Positions 1-9,668 are shown, counted from the first letter of the stretch. The stretch: 64,000 bases of DNA from Syntrophales bacterium (GCA_963666365.2 CAXXNF010000002.1:2176001-2240000); one strand, 5' to 3'. Notes: generated by a model from the letters alone, not told the origin. Translations and numbers: made by a program.

Positions 1-4
1 TTTA

Positions 5-108
5 TCATCGTTACATTATGCTTAACATGTAACGAGACTCAAATCAAGGAAAAATGCTCCGATCTATTAATGTTTATTCGGCTTTTATGCCTTTCATCGT
101 TACATTAT
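5..108. repeat. 15-bp direct repeat plus 9-bp inverted repeat, putative protein-binding or recombination site
   Basis: TCATCGTTACATTAT at 5-19 and 94-108; TCGTTACAT(8-16)-N10-ATGTAACGA(27-35) inverted pair. Confidence 0.5.
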
Positions 109-179
109 ACCGGGAAGGCAGGTATTATGTGCATTAGCTAGGATTTGATTTGACAGACATTGTCAGAAAAAATACCTGA

Positions 180-527
180 TTGAATCATCAAGTACACCTA
201 CCTATCAACACCCATGATGTTACGGCAAACTTACTCATTAATTATTGTAGTCGAGATTTTGCGCTAGAGTGGCGTTATCGTAGGTTTGATACCGTAATGC
301 TCAGCTTTAGGAGTTTATTTTACGATGGAGCAGGATATTGGCTCCACCTACAAGTCATTGAGGTCTTGCCAAAAGGAAATCAACAATTATCATTTGAAAT
401 ATCAATATCCCTAAAACTTATTGACAAAACCACTGAAAAGGAGTTACTCATTCGCCAGTTATTTTATTTTTTCCTTATTCACTGCCATGCTTTAACCGCT
501 TGTAATGAAGGAGTGAGGATGGTTTGA
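180..527 (+). pseudogene. possible decayed IS66 TnpB-like remnant
   Basis: LFYDGAGYWL...LPKG resembles the TnpB LxxDGxGxWL..KRLxxG motif; TTG start, remainder degenerate. Confidence 0.3.
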
Positions 528-620
528 ATCTAACAGCCCTGTTTCTAGAAAAGAGAGATAGGGCTTTTGTCTTTTGTGAACAACTCAATATGTTCCGTCA
601 CCAAGATGAGTAAAAGGGTA

Positions 621-784
621 TTATGCGGACCCGTATAGACCACCACGGCAAATAACACAGTAGCATGTAAGTAATTATAGATATTGTGATATATGACGTA
701 AGTGATTTGACTAAACAGGATGGTTTTATAAGGGGAAAATTGAGGTTCTGCGGTTTATACGGACCCGTCTAGACAATGTTAGGG
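621..784 (+). other. integron attI-like recombination site
   Basis: 18/20 direct repeat TTATGCGGACCCGTATAGAC (621-640) / TTATACGGACCCGTCTAGAC (755-774), then core GTTAGGG (778-784), the exact complement of CCCTAAC (2153-2159) at the cassette end. Confidence 0.55.
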
Positions 785-795
785 GTTAGAGCAAT

Positions 796-2205
796 ATGGA
801 AACAGATTACTTACACGCATTAGCAAATATAAAATTTGAAGTTGATTGTTGCCTAATTGTCCTTACCCAAGAGGGTGAAATCGATAATCCTCGAATCTAC
901 AAAGGCCCAGGTACAATAATTCAAAATGACGAAAATTCATTTTCTGTCAAAATTTTTTGTGAAGGAAAATTAGATATTAAAGAAGTGTTTGGCAAAATTA
1001 ATCGTCTGACGCCTGGAAAATTAATCGAAAGGACAAACTACTACTCTCTTGAAGCATCTGACTATGCTGGGAATACATGGACTGCAAACTCCATAATGCC
1101 TAATACAAATGGTGGTATGGACTGTGACGGTTTTTTGGTTTCTGGCAATTTCACTAGGTTATTTTGCCACAGAAAAGAACACTATGAATACAAAGGAATG
1201 ACATTAAAATTATTTTACAAAGGAAAATATAAAATCCCATGTAATACGGTTACAAAATCAAAGCACATAATCGGAACTGAGGATAGAGGAACAAGTAGCA
1301 AATTGAATGTTGCTCAGTTTGAAATTGAAAATATTGAATTCGAAATCTTATCAGACGATGACAGGCTTATTGTTTATCTCTACTCTCAGAGCGAAAATCT
1401 AACAAAAGTTACCGCCCAGAGAATACATGAGGCTCTTCAGTTTGTATTGGTTAACTTAGAGCCTTGGGATATTTTGTTAATTCAAAAAAGTAACATCCAA
1501 GAAACCATCTTTCGAACTGTTCCTCCGACATCTCGGAAATCAAGAGTTCAGCCACCATTGCATTTTGATTCAGTGGATAGAGGTGGGTATGTATGGAATA
1601 TGTTCGAATTATTTCTAAAGTATTCATTGCCGTACCAAGAGGCAGATTGGCACCCATTGTATGCACAAGTTCATAAAGTTATAGAGTCAGGGAAAGCATC
1701 CATTGAAGCACATGCTTTAACATTAGCCGTTTCAATAGAAGGACTGCTTAAATTGTGCTTTCGCGAAGTTGCTCTCCCAGATGATGAGTTCAAGAATAAA
1801 GTTAAAAAAGCAACTGATGAAATTAACAACAGTGGCATCGATAGCAATCTAAAAATAAGGCTGCAAGGCGCACTTGGAGCAATGAAAAGCCCCAGAGCCA
1901 AGGATAGACTTTATAGCCTGCAGCAATCGGGAATAGTTGAGGAACGACTTGTTACTTCATGGAGCAACATGAGAAATAGTTCTGCTCATTCGGATTCCAT
2001 AGAGTTATTAGAAATACAAAATTTTTTAAATGATTGTAGTGCAATGTGTGTACTTTTTAACCAACTAATTTTTCACGTAATTGGCTATAGGGGAGAATAT
2101 ACAGACTATAGCGTTTATGGTTATCCGAAGAAAAAATATGAACCGATAGAAACCCTAACAAATATAGGATTAGTCCCGAGTCGAGGAACGAGCGCTCGGA
2201 ACTAA
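796..2205 (+). CDS. ApeA-like protein with C-terminal HEPN domain (putative anti-phage RNase), integron gene cassette
   Basis: 469 aa; beta-rich N-terminus, helical C-terminus with LAVSIEGLL and RNSSAH (Rx4H) motif; bounded by GTTAGGG/CCCTAAC; last ~14 codons come from the inserted element. Confidence 0.65.
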   Translation: METDYLHALANIKFEVDCCLIVLTQEGEIDNPRIYKGPGTIIQNDENSFSVKIFCEGKLDIKEVFGKINRLTPGKLIERTNYYSLEASDYAGNTWTANSIMPNTNGGMDCDGFLVSGNFTRLFCHRKEHYEYKGMTLKLFYKGKYKIPCNTVTKSKHIIGTEDRGTSSKLNVAQFEIENIEFEILSDDDRLIVYLYSQSENLTKVTAQRIHEALQFVLVNLEPWDILLIQKSNIQETIFRTVPPTSRKSRVQPPLHFDSVDRGGYVWNMFELFLKYSLPYQEADWHPLYAQVHKVIESGKASIEAHALTLAVSIEGLLKLCFREVALPDDEFKNKVKKATDEINNSGIDSNLKIRLQGALGAMKSPRAKDRLYSLQQSGIVEERLVTSWSNMRNSSAHSDSIELLEIQNFLNDCSAMCVLFNQLIFHVIGYRGEYTDYSVYGYPKKKYEPIETLTNIGLVPSRGTSARN

Positions 2206-2465
2206 TCCATGGTTCAAGAAGCCGCGGGCTATAGGGGAAAAGGTTCGATAATCCTGGGATGGTTTTGAAGATTGAATCAGGTAAAAGACCGGAAGAAGAT
2301 CTTTGAAAACATGGTCAATCGAAAGTAAAGGGATTCATCGTCATGAGAAATCCTGATTAAAAGGGTTAAAAGCCTGCCTTTGGGCAGACGGGTGCTATAG
2401 AGCATTCCCTAGTATAGATCATCTCTCGTGGCCTGAAAAAAATCATTGTCTTGCAGATATATTTT

Positions 2466-3560
2466 CTATCCCGAAGGACCCCATCGGGGCATAGGACTTA
2501 CAAAGGCAATAAACCTTAACGCCTGTCCACAGCAGGGACATTTAATCCCTTCCCCTTTATGTTCGGGTGTGTTGGGTAAGAGATCACGGATGACATCGTG
2601 GATTAATGAAATGAGTTCACGCAGCTGTTCGATTGAGAAGGAACTGTTTGAATTGAGAAAGCCGTAGTATCGTATTTTCATAAGCCCTTTCGGCAGGACA
2701 TGCTGAAGAAATCTTCGGATAAACTCCACGGCATCAAGCTTCATGGTTTTCCATGTCTTCTTCCGACGATCTTTATATCGAAATGTAATGACGCCGTTTT
2801 CAATATTTTTAATGCGGTTATTAGAGATGGCGACGCGGAAGACATACCGTGAAAGGTAGCGCAGAGAGTTTTGCCCCGTTCCCACGGCCTGACTATCGAC
2901 AACCCATTGTTGCGTCCAGAGGTCGGGATGAATGGTATCAAAGAGTCTGGCCTTTTTCATTGCATCCCGGAACTTGGCCCGAAAGATGATTGCCAGGGGT
3001 TGTGTGTGCACAAAGAGATCTTGTCTTGAGGATACCCATTGATCTCCTTTTTCGGATACTGCGCCGCCCGGAATAACCAGATGGAGATGAGGGTGATACT
3101 GAAGCATGTTTCCCCAGGTATGGAGCACGGCCAGATAACCGATTCGTGTTGAGCCGACAAACCGCTTGTCTTTCGCTAATTTCCTTAGCGCTGCATGAGC
3201 GCATGAGAACATGGCCGCATAAACGATCTTTTGATGGGATCTGGCAACTTCCCGAAGGCCTTGCGGCAGCGTTATGGTTAAGAGGAAATAATGGGTGGGC
3301 AAAAGCTGTTCCATCTGTTTGTGAAGCCATTGATCCCTTTTATCATGCTGACAGTTCGGACAGTGGCGATTCCCGCAGCAACAGGGAATGGAGTGTATGG
3401 CGCCACAGTCATGACAGCCATACACAATCGTTCCGAAAGAACCACTGCGGCAATCAGTGATATCCTGCATGGCTTTTTTATGAATGTGCGGCATTCGGTC
3501 GCCATGCAGCGCCAGATAGTGCGGCCCATATATCTGGAAGATTTTTTGAATAGCGCTCAT
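2466..3560 (-). CDS. IS91 family rolling-circle transposase
   Basis: N-terminal Zn-binding CxxCG...CCGNRHCPNC, HUH motif HPHLH, Y2 motif YLSRY, RFLQHVLPKG..KIRYYG. Confidence 0.93.
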   Translation of the reverse strand: MSAIQKIFQIYGPHYLALHGDRMPHIHKKAMQDITDCRSGSFGTIVYGCHDCGAIHSIPCCCGNRHCPNCQHDKRDQWLHKQMEQLLPTHYFLLTITLPQGLREVARSHQKIVYAAMFSCAHAALRKLAKDKRFVGSTRIGYLAVLHTWGNMLQYHPHLHLVIPGGAVSEKGDQWVSSRQDLFVHTQPLAIIFRAKFRDAMKKARLFDTIHPDLWTQQWVVDSQAVGTGQNSLRYLSRYVFRVAISNNRIKNIENGVITFRYKDRRKKTWKTMKLDAVEFIRRFLQHVLPKGLMKIRYYGFLNSNSSFSIEQLRELISLIHDVIRDLLPNTPEHKGEGIKCPCCGQALRFIAFVSPMPRWGPSG

Positions 3561-4432
3561 GACAACACCCCCTGCATCACCTGTGAGACCCTAGTATGGG
3601 AATCGGTTTGGGCCTGAGTGGTCACATGCAGATACACCATGGTGCTTTGCAACGTTTTGTGGCCCAATATTTTTTGGACATGCCGTATGGGGATATTGGC
3701 TTCCAGCAGGTGCGTTGCATAGGCATGGCGAAAGACATGGGGATGAATATGTTTTTTAAACCCCAGACGCTTCAATGTGCGTTGCAGAACCCCTTGGACG
3801 CCGCTGTCGCTGACATGTGCATTTGCAAATTGAGCATCTTTGCCTCCGTTGTGACCCAGGGCGGGAAAGATCCATTTTGGATTGCGGTGGCTTTTATAGT
3901 ACTCACGTAAAGCCAAGAGGGTGATTTTCGGTAAGGGGACTGTCCGATCCAGTGCCCCTTTCCCCGCATGGATGTGAACCAGACCCCGATCGGAGAGAAT
4001 GTCCCCGACTTGCAGCGTCGTTGCTTCCCTGAGACGAAGTCCCAGGGAATATAAGGTCAGGTAAAAGGTATGACTCTGTAACGTGGGAAGGGCATAAATG
4101 ATCTTTCTCACTTCCTGAAGGCTTAAGATAGTGGGAAGCGTCTGGTCACGCTTCCACTTGATTTCATTGAAAATGTTCCAGGACCGGACAAGCGTCCTGG
4201 TGAAAAAATGCTGGATTCCGGCGTAACTGATTCGTAACGATGCAGCGCTCCAGCCGAATTCACTTTGGCAACAAAGCCAATATTGACGCAGTTCCTCTTC
4301 GGTGATATCTTCTAGCGGCTTGTTGTAAAAGCGTTGCAAGCGCAATACGGAACTTACATACGACTGAATACTTCTTTTTGCATAACCGGCTAACTGGAGA
4401 TCCTCCTTGAAACGTTTGATCACATGGCTCAT
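3557..4432 (-). CDS. tyrosine recombinase (XerD/IntI-like with SAM-like N-domain)
   Basis: GLRLRE, GKG, HVFRHAYATH, LGH, TMVY catalytic motifs; start set at MSHVIK after AGGAAG; ATGA overlap with transposase. Confidence 0.92.
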   Translation of the reverse strand: MSHVIKRFKEDLQLAGYAKRSIQSYVSSVLRLQRFYNKPLEDITEEELRQYWLCCQSEFGWSAASLRISYAGIQHFFTRTLVRSWNIFNEIKWKRDQTLPTILSLQEVRKIIYALPTLQSHTFYLTLYSLGLRLREATTLQVGDILSDRGLVHIHAGKGALDRTVPLPKITLLALREYYKSHRNPKWIFPALGHNGGKDAQFANAHVSDSGVQGVLQRTLKRLGFKKHIHPHVFRHAYATHLLEANIPIRHVQKILGHKTLQSTMVYLHVTTQAQTDSHTRVSQVMQGVLS

Positions 4433-5412
4433 GGTATCTTCCTTTCTTCTTTTAACCTTGTCGGGTAGAAGATACCGACCTGCAAGCCGGGATGAAGATA
4501 CCATGACTTATTTGATCAAACAATGATGGTTGAAAATCATTAATCTGCCGCGTAGCGGCTTACTTGAACAACGCCATCAACTCGGACGTGCAAAAGCGCC
4601 GCTTCGCTCTGCTTTTGCACGCCAGTTATGGCGAGCGTTACCAATTACGAAAAGAAACATACTATCACACGATCTCTATTAGCTTCGTTGACTACAGGAA
4701 GGATCAGAGGGTGTCATAATCCCGGAAACCGACATTCACAAACTTGTGCCTTTCAACCTGTACTCAATGCTCCTGCCGGAGCGGTCGTGGTGCGGCTTTG
4801 TCCTTGAAGTCAGGTATGATAATAGGAACAGCGACAATCTCTATTTCGGGGAGTTATGTGATCTGAAAATAACTGCCTGGTCTAATTTGAACTTTCACAT
4901 ATTATGCGCATATTGTCCTTAATACCACAGAGATCCCGGTATCACTCATGAGCCACGTGCAGGAAACCGCGGCGCACGAGATAACATAATCCCGCAGTCC
5001 CCTGAATGGGTATGCTGCAAAGCACATGATTCCCGCTCAATAAGACACCGTCTGTTCTACGCCATAACAGATAAAGTTCCGTGTGCACGGCGGCTATAGA
5101 CTCCCTCCCTCGAAACAAACTGTCCTCTCGGCATATACATTCAAAAGAGATTTGCAAGAACGCCCGAGATAACCGCATTTCGCGATGTAAAGGGGTTTTT
5201 CTTCGCATACCAAGGCGGTTATTGCGAGTTGCCGTCAAAAACCTTGCGGGAAGTCTTTTTCAAGGGTTTATTCCCCACAATCCACACATACGCCCGTCAG
5301 TTTGTTTCCCTTCATGACCCTCAAACAAAAATTTTCCGATCTGCGGAACACACCTGAACAAATATATGTATTGGAAAAGATTCAAATCTTAATCATTAAG
5401 GAGGAAACAGTA

Positions 5413-5592
5413 ATGCAAAAGAAAATCTACATCAGACCGGTCTCTGTGGTGCTTTCTGACGAAATGTTCACCCGTATCAAGGAGATTACCGACAGGGAAA
5501 ACATAGGAATATCGGAGTACATCAGGGCGGCAATTCAGGAAAAATTCAACAATCAATCGAAATCACCAGGAGGAAATGGCCATGAAAGATAA
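5413..5592 (+). CDS. CopG/ribbon-helix-helix DNA-binding protein
   Basis: VSVVLSDEMFTRIKEITDRENIGISEYIRAAI pattern; GGAGG RBS. Confidence 0.7.
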   Translation: MQKKIYIRPVSVVLSDEMFTRIKEITDRENIGISEYIRAAIQEKFNNQSKSPGGNGHER

Positions 5593-5791
5593 AGCCTATC
5601 GCACCACCTTCAGTTTTTTAATTGACGCAACCATACACCGCTCTCTGAAAGATGCGGCTAAAAAGGATAAAAGCACCATGTCAAAGCTCTTGCGCGAGGC
5701 CATTGACATGAAACTCAGGGACATCAACAGCCAGAACGGAACCATCGAACTCATGGAGGAGGGATTGAAAGATGAAGGAACAGGAAAATAA
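5576..5791 (+). CDS. ribbon-helix-helix DNA-binding protein
   Basis: TFSFLIDATIHRSLKDAAKKDKSTMSKLLREAI pattern; overlaps upstream gene. Confidence 0.65.
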   Translation: MAMKDKAYRTTFSFLIDATIHRSLKDAAKKDKSTMSKLLREAIDMKLRDINSQNGTIELMEEGLKDEGTGK

Positions 5792-6128
5792 AAAAGCAGA
5801 TGCACAAAAACAAAAAATGCCGGAATCGATGACGTTGATAACCAAGCAGGAAAAAAGACTTACTCAGCTCTGGAATGAAGTGCGGTTACTGGAGAAAAAA
5901 ATTCAAAAAATGGAGCAAAGGAAAGAATTGGAAGCGGTAACGGTCATGCTTTCCACTGAGCTGCTTGAAAGGGTGTACACATTTTTGATAGATTGCAACC
6001 GGGCCACAGGAGACAAAATGAGCTTTTCCGAGTATGTTGAAAATTCCCTTTTTCTGTGCCTGGAAGCAGAGGAAAGCCAATGGCAACAAGAGCAGGAAGA
6101 GGCAATGAAGCAGGAGACCGGGAAATAA
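5772..6128 (+). CDS. coiled-coil plus RHH-like hypothetical protein
   Basis: N-terminal coiled coil, then VTVMLSTELLERV...MSFSEYVENSL. Confidence 0.5.
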   Translation: MKEQENKKADAQKQKMPESMTLITKQEKRLTQLWNEVRLLEKKIQKMEQRKELEAVTVMLSTELLERVYTFLIDCNRATGDKMSFSEYVENSLFLCLEAEESQWQQEQEEAMKQETGK

Positions 6129-6301
6129 TGAAAGGCTCTGGATGAAATGATGTGAAATATGAGTGATATCTGCGGGAGTTGCTTATGGAGATGGAGACGC
6201 TCTCGCAGATCGTAACCGTACGACCAACTCATCTTTCGCTTGAACGCACATTGGATTATAGCTTCCCGTCATGAACACATTTCATGATTGGAGGATGCCC
6301 T

Positions 6302-6613
6302 ATGACACAACAAGAACGCACCGCCCACTGGTCGGCCATCGTAGAGCGGCAGATCGCAAGCGGGATGAGCGGTCTGGCCTGGTGCCAGATGCATCAGATC
6401 AATACGGCAAGTTTCTACTCCTGGCGCCGGAAACTCACTGAACCGCAAGGACAACAGGGATTTATCGAACTTGCATCCTCGACGGCCGACTATGCCGGCA
6501 TTCGCATTTGCATGGGGCCGCTTCTTTCCATCGAAGTGGAACGCGGCTTCGATCCCGTTACCCTGCGCACCGTTATTGAAACGCTTCATAATGGTTCCCC
6601 ATGTTCGGCCTGA
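6302..6613 (+). CDS. tnpA: IS66 accessory protein TnpA
   Basis: W...SGMSGLAWCQMHQINTASFYSWRRKL HTH motif. Confidence 0.85.
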   Translation: MTQQERTAHWSAIVERQIASGMSGLAWCQMHQINTASFYSWRRKLTEPQGQQGFIELASSTADYAGIRICMGPLLSIEVERGFDPVTLRTVIETLHNGSPCSA

Positions 6614-6942
6614 CAGCATCGGCACGCATCTATCTTTATCGCAGCCCCTGCGACATGCGCAAGTCCTTCGACGGCCTGTGCGGCATTGTCCGCGCCGAAC
6701 TTAGCGCCGATCCCCTTTCGGGATCACTCTTCGTCTTCGTCAACCGGCGGCGGAACATGGTGAAGCTCCTGTACTGGGACAGCGACGGCATGGCCATCTG
6801 GCTGAAACGTCTGGAGCAGGGGTCCTTCGTGCTGCCTTCCCGGCAGTCCCGCGACGGTCATATCGAGCGCCGGGATCTGGCCATGCTCCTTGAGGGAATC
6901 GTGCCGAAAAAAGTGGGAAAACGGTACAAAATATGTGCATAA
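6601..6942 (+). CDS. tnpB: IS66 accessory protein TnpB
   Basis: DMRKSFDGL, LFVFVNRRRNMVKLLYWDSDG, KRLEQGSF. Confidence 0.93.
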   Translation: MFGLTASARIYLYRSPCDMRKSFDGLCGIVRAELSADPLSGSLFVFVNRRRNMVKLLYWDSDGMAIWLKRLEQGSFVLPSRQSRDGHIERRDLAMLLEGIVPKKVGKRYKICA

Positions 6943-6994
6943 AAAATAATATAAACACTTGACATTATTATAGTTATGTGCTATACGCCCGCTC

Positions 6995-8605
6995 ATGATA
7001 TTGACGGAAGCACAAGAGATTATCGACCGAAAAGATGCTGCCTGGATTCTGGAATTTGCCGCCCAAAAGGATGCCCAGATCGAAGCGCTTACCCAGAAGC
7101 TCGAATCCGCCCAGCGCCAGTTGACCACCCTGCAGCATCAGATGGAACAGCTGCTGAAACGGCTCTACGGCCGCAAGTCCGAAAAGATCAACCCCGGTCA
7201 GCTGATGTTCGACGACATGGTGCTTCAATCATTAGAGCAGAATGCGGCGGTGAAAGCACAGTTCGAAGACGCTTCTGCCACAGAGACTGTCAAGAAGCCC
7301 CGCAAGGCCTCCCGGCATCACGGCCGGGTTCCCATTCCGGAGCATCTCGAACGGGTGGAGATTCTGCTGGACGTGCCCGAGGATGAAAAGATCGATGCGG
7401 ACACGGGCGCACCCCTGAAGGTCATTTCCGTGGAAGTCTCGGAGAAGCTGGAATACCGGCCGGGGAGACTGATCGTCAACGTCTACAAGCGGCCCCAGTA
7501 TGCGCTGCCGGAGGCATCGGAATCTACCGCCGGCGTCATCGCCGCCTCGCTGCCCGATCACCCCATCGCCAAGTGCAAAGCCGACGTGGGGCTGCTTTCT
7601 CATCTGATCGTCAGCAAGTACGCCGATCATCTGCCTCTCTACCGACAGAACAGCATTCTGGAGCGGGAAGGAGTGGACATTCCCCGGGCCACCCAAACCA
7701 GCTGGCTCATGCAGGTCTATGAGAGCATTCGTCCCTTGGAAACAGTGCTTCAAAAGGCCGTCCTTGAGAGGGACGTGCTCTTTACCGACGATACGCCCGT
7801 TCCTCTGCAGGTCAAGGGAAACGGCAAGGTAAAGAAGGCCCGTCTCTGGGTCTATCTGCGGGGCGGTCCGGGACCGCCGCTGACGGCCTATGACTTCTCC
7901 ATTGATCGGAGCAAGACGCGCCCACTGGAGTATCTCAATGATTACCAGGGGTACGTCCATGCCGACGCCTACGGCGGCTACGACGAACTTTTCAAAAAAG
8001 AAGAGATTATCGAAGTGGGTTGCTGGGCCCATACCAGACGGAAGTTCGACGAGGCGGTTTCATCGCGTCCTCAAGAGGCCACGGACATCCTTGCCCGCAT
8101 CGCCCGGCTCTATCACGAGGTGGAGACCCCCTGTGCCGAGATGACGCCCGAGGAGCGGCGCCGTTTCCGGCAGGCGCATGCAACGCCGCTGCTTGAGGGA
8201 ATCTTTGCAAAGATTGAGGAACTGAGGCCCCGGACGACGCCCTCGGAGCCGTTGCGGACGGCCATCAACTACGCCCTGAATCAGCGGGAGGCGCTCTGCC
8301 GCTATCTGAAAGACGGACGGTTAAGACCCGACAACAACCTGGCGGAAAACGCCATTCGGCCCATAGCGGTAGGTCGAAAAAACTGGCTCTTCGTGGGCAG
8401 CGAACGGGGCGGCCGGGCGGCGGCCCTTTATATGGGTCTCGTTCAATCTTGCAAAAACTGCGACGTCAACCCCTGGGAGTACTTTGACGACATGCTTCGG
8501 CGGATCATGAGCCATCCCGTAAACCGCCTGCGGGAACTGCTTCCCGATCAGTGGAAGCCTGTGCCCAGGGATGAACGGGGCCTGATCATCCAGGGAAAAC
8601 AATAA
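6995..8605 (+). CDS. tnpC: IS66 DDE transposase TnpC
   Basis: LYGRKSEK, KYADHLPLYRQ, DDTP, GCWAHTRRKF, DNNLAENAIR, GRKNWLF, LLPDQW. Confidence 0.95.
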   Translation: MILTEAQEIIDRKDAAWILEFAAQKDAQIEALTQKLESAQRQLTTLQHQMEQLLKRLYGRKSEKINPGQLMFDDMVLQSLEQNAAVKAQFEDASATETVKKPRKASRHHGRVPIPEHLERVEILLDVPEDEKIDADTGAPLKVISVEVSEKLEYRPGRLIVNVYKRPQYALPEASESTAGVIAASLPDHPIAKCKADVGLLSHLIVSKYADHLPLYRQNSILEREGVDIPRATQTSWLMQVYESIRPLETVLQKAVLERDVLFTDDTPVPLQVKGNGKVKKARLWVYLRGGPGPPLTAYDFSIDRSKTRPLEYLNDYQGYVHADAYGGYDELFKKEEIIEVGCWAHTRRKFDEAVSSRPQEATDILARIARLYHEVETPCAEMTPEERRRFRQAHATPLLEGIFAKIEELRPRTTPSEPLRTAINYALNQREALCRYLKDGRLRPDNNLAENAIRPIAVGRKNWLFVGSERGGRAAALYMGLVQSCKNCDVNPWEYFDDMLRRIMSHPVNRLRELLPDQWKPVPRDERGLIIQGKQ

Positions 8606-8953
8606 TCAGTGCACCGTATTCCGGCGGTTGAATCCCGTAATCATATTATCAAAGAGCACCGGCTGTACCGGTTTTAGGTACAGCGTACTTCATGTAAAAT
8701 TCTTTTGCTATATGAGTTGGTCGTACGCTTACCGCAGATCCTGCTTTTCCGGCAAGTACGGTCATATGCTTACGGAAATAACAAAGCCTCAACGGTTGAT
8801 CATGGAAAGGTTTGAGGTCAACCACCGGCATAGTTATAAATTGAACGGGATTTTAGGTGACATAATAAGGGAGTAGTCGTAGCTACCCTTTCTGAAGAAA
8901 CTGCATCATAGTGCCTTCCATACCGACACCCGCATTACATTACATCTCTCCTC

Positions 8954-9361
8954 TCATTTTATGACGGTTGAATCATTCAGAATTAACGGCATATCCTCAT
9001 ATTTTGCCCGAAATATCTGCTTCTTCAATCCACCATATCTGTTACGCCTCCATTCATCATAAAAAGAAAACCGATCTTCAGTTGTCGGTTTTGTGCATAT
9101 GATATCATCGCTTACCAATTCTAAACGGCACTGGTAACTTAATTTATCCACAATTTCTTTATCATGAAAATCTTTATTGAGATTGAGCCCTTTTTCAACA
9201 GCTCTAAAAACACCTGTAATTTGTTTGTGTCCCGTTTGATAATAGATGATGTAATCTCCTTCGGCAAGAAGATCCATTTGTGCTTTGTTCCAAAAACCAA
9301 TAAGCCTATTATCAATATTCCACAGATTCCGATGATGTACAACAAACCATATTTCTTTCAT
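8954..9361 (-). CDS. EVE (PUA-like) domain protein
   Basis: W...W...GFW...LAEGDYIIYYQTG..QITGVFRAV pattern typical of EVE; GGAG RBS. Confidence 0.65.
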   Translation of the reverse strand: MKEIWFVVHHRNLWNIDNRLIGFWNKAQMDLLAEGDYIIYYQTGHKQITGVFRAVEKGLNLNKDFHDKEIVDKLSYQCRLELVSDDIICTKPTTEDRFSFYDEWRRNRYGGLKKQIFRAKYEDMPLILNDSTVIK

Positions 9362-9445
9362 ATTAACATCTCCTCTGATTTTTGGGACTTTAGTACTTGT
9401 TCAATCAAAACAGGATATTTCCAGACATAAAGTTTTCCTTTTGAT

Positions 9446-9652
9446 TCATTTTGATGCAAATATGAACATTAAGAGAAAAAGGATACCAATAATTGCTGCA
9501 GATATATTTCTAACTGTACAGTCACTTTCCTTTCTTCTTTTATATTCTTCTTCATCTATATATTCGGAGGGAAAGATAAAATCATTGTATCCCCTGCGTA
9601 TTGGTTTTAACGGTACCTTAATTAACTTTTTTACATTCTTCTTATCACACAT
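9446..9652 (-). CDS. small protein with a C-terminal transmembrane helix
   Basis: GAAAGGAG RBS before MCDKK; hydrophobic tail ISAAIIGILFLLMFIF. Confidence 0.5.
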   Translation of the reverse strand: MCDKKNVKKLIKVPLKPIRRGYNDFIFPSEYIDEEEYKRRKESDCTVRNISAAIIGILFLLMFIFASK

Positions 9653-9668
9653 TTTATCTCTCCTTTCA

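Larger units (their letters stand above)
2162..4571 (-). mobile_element. IS91-family (HUH/Y2) element also encoding a tyrosine recombinase
   Basis: Two-gene operon; AACAA at both junctions (2157-2161, 4567-4571); minus-strand end AATCCTATATTT resembles IS91/IS1294 oriIS; GTTC plus GCCGC-TAC-GCGGC hairpin at the other end resembles terIS. Confidence 0.8.
2153..4643 (+). other. attC site split by an inserted element (R'' at 2153-2161, remainder 4572-4643)
   Basis: Rejoined: CCCTAACAACGCCATCAACTCGGACGTGCAAAAGC..GCTTTTGCACGCCAGTTATGGCGAGCGTTACCA; pairs CGCCAT/ATGGCG, AACT/AGTT and CGTGCAAAAGC/GCTTTTGCACG with extrahelical bases. Confidence 0.85.
6212..8732 (+). mobile_element. complete IS66 family insertion sequence
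   Basis: Terminal IRs GTAACCGTACGACCAACTCAT / ATGAGTTGGTCGTACGCTTAC; 8-bp TSD CGCAGATC at 6204-6211 and 8733-8740; tnpA-tnpB-tnpC. Confidence 0.96.
6165..8857 (+). pseudogene. IS1634/IS4-like transposase C-terminal remnant interrupted by IS66
   Basis: Joining flanks gives YLRELLMEMETLSQI/(+1 frameshift)/FSGKYGHMLTEITKPQRLIMERFEV, then TAGTTATAAATTGAACGGGATTTTAGG, resembling an IS1634 terminal repeat. Confidence 0.5.
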
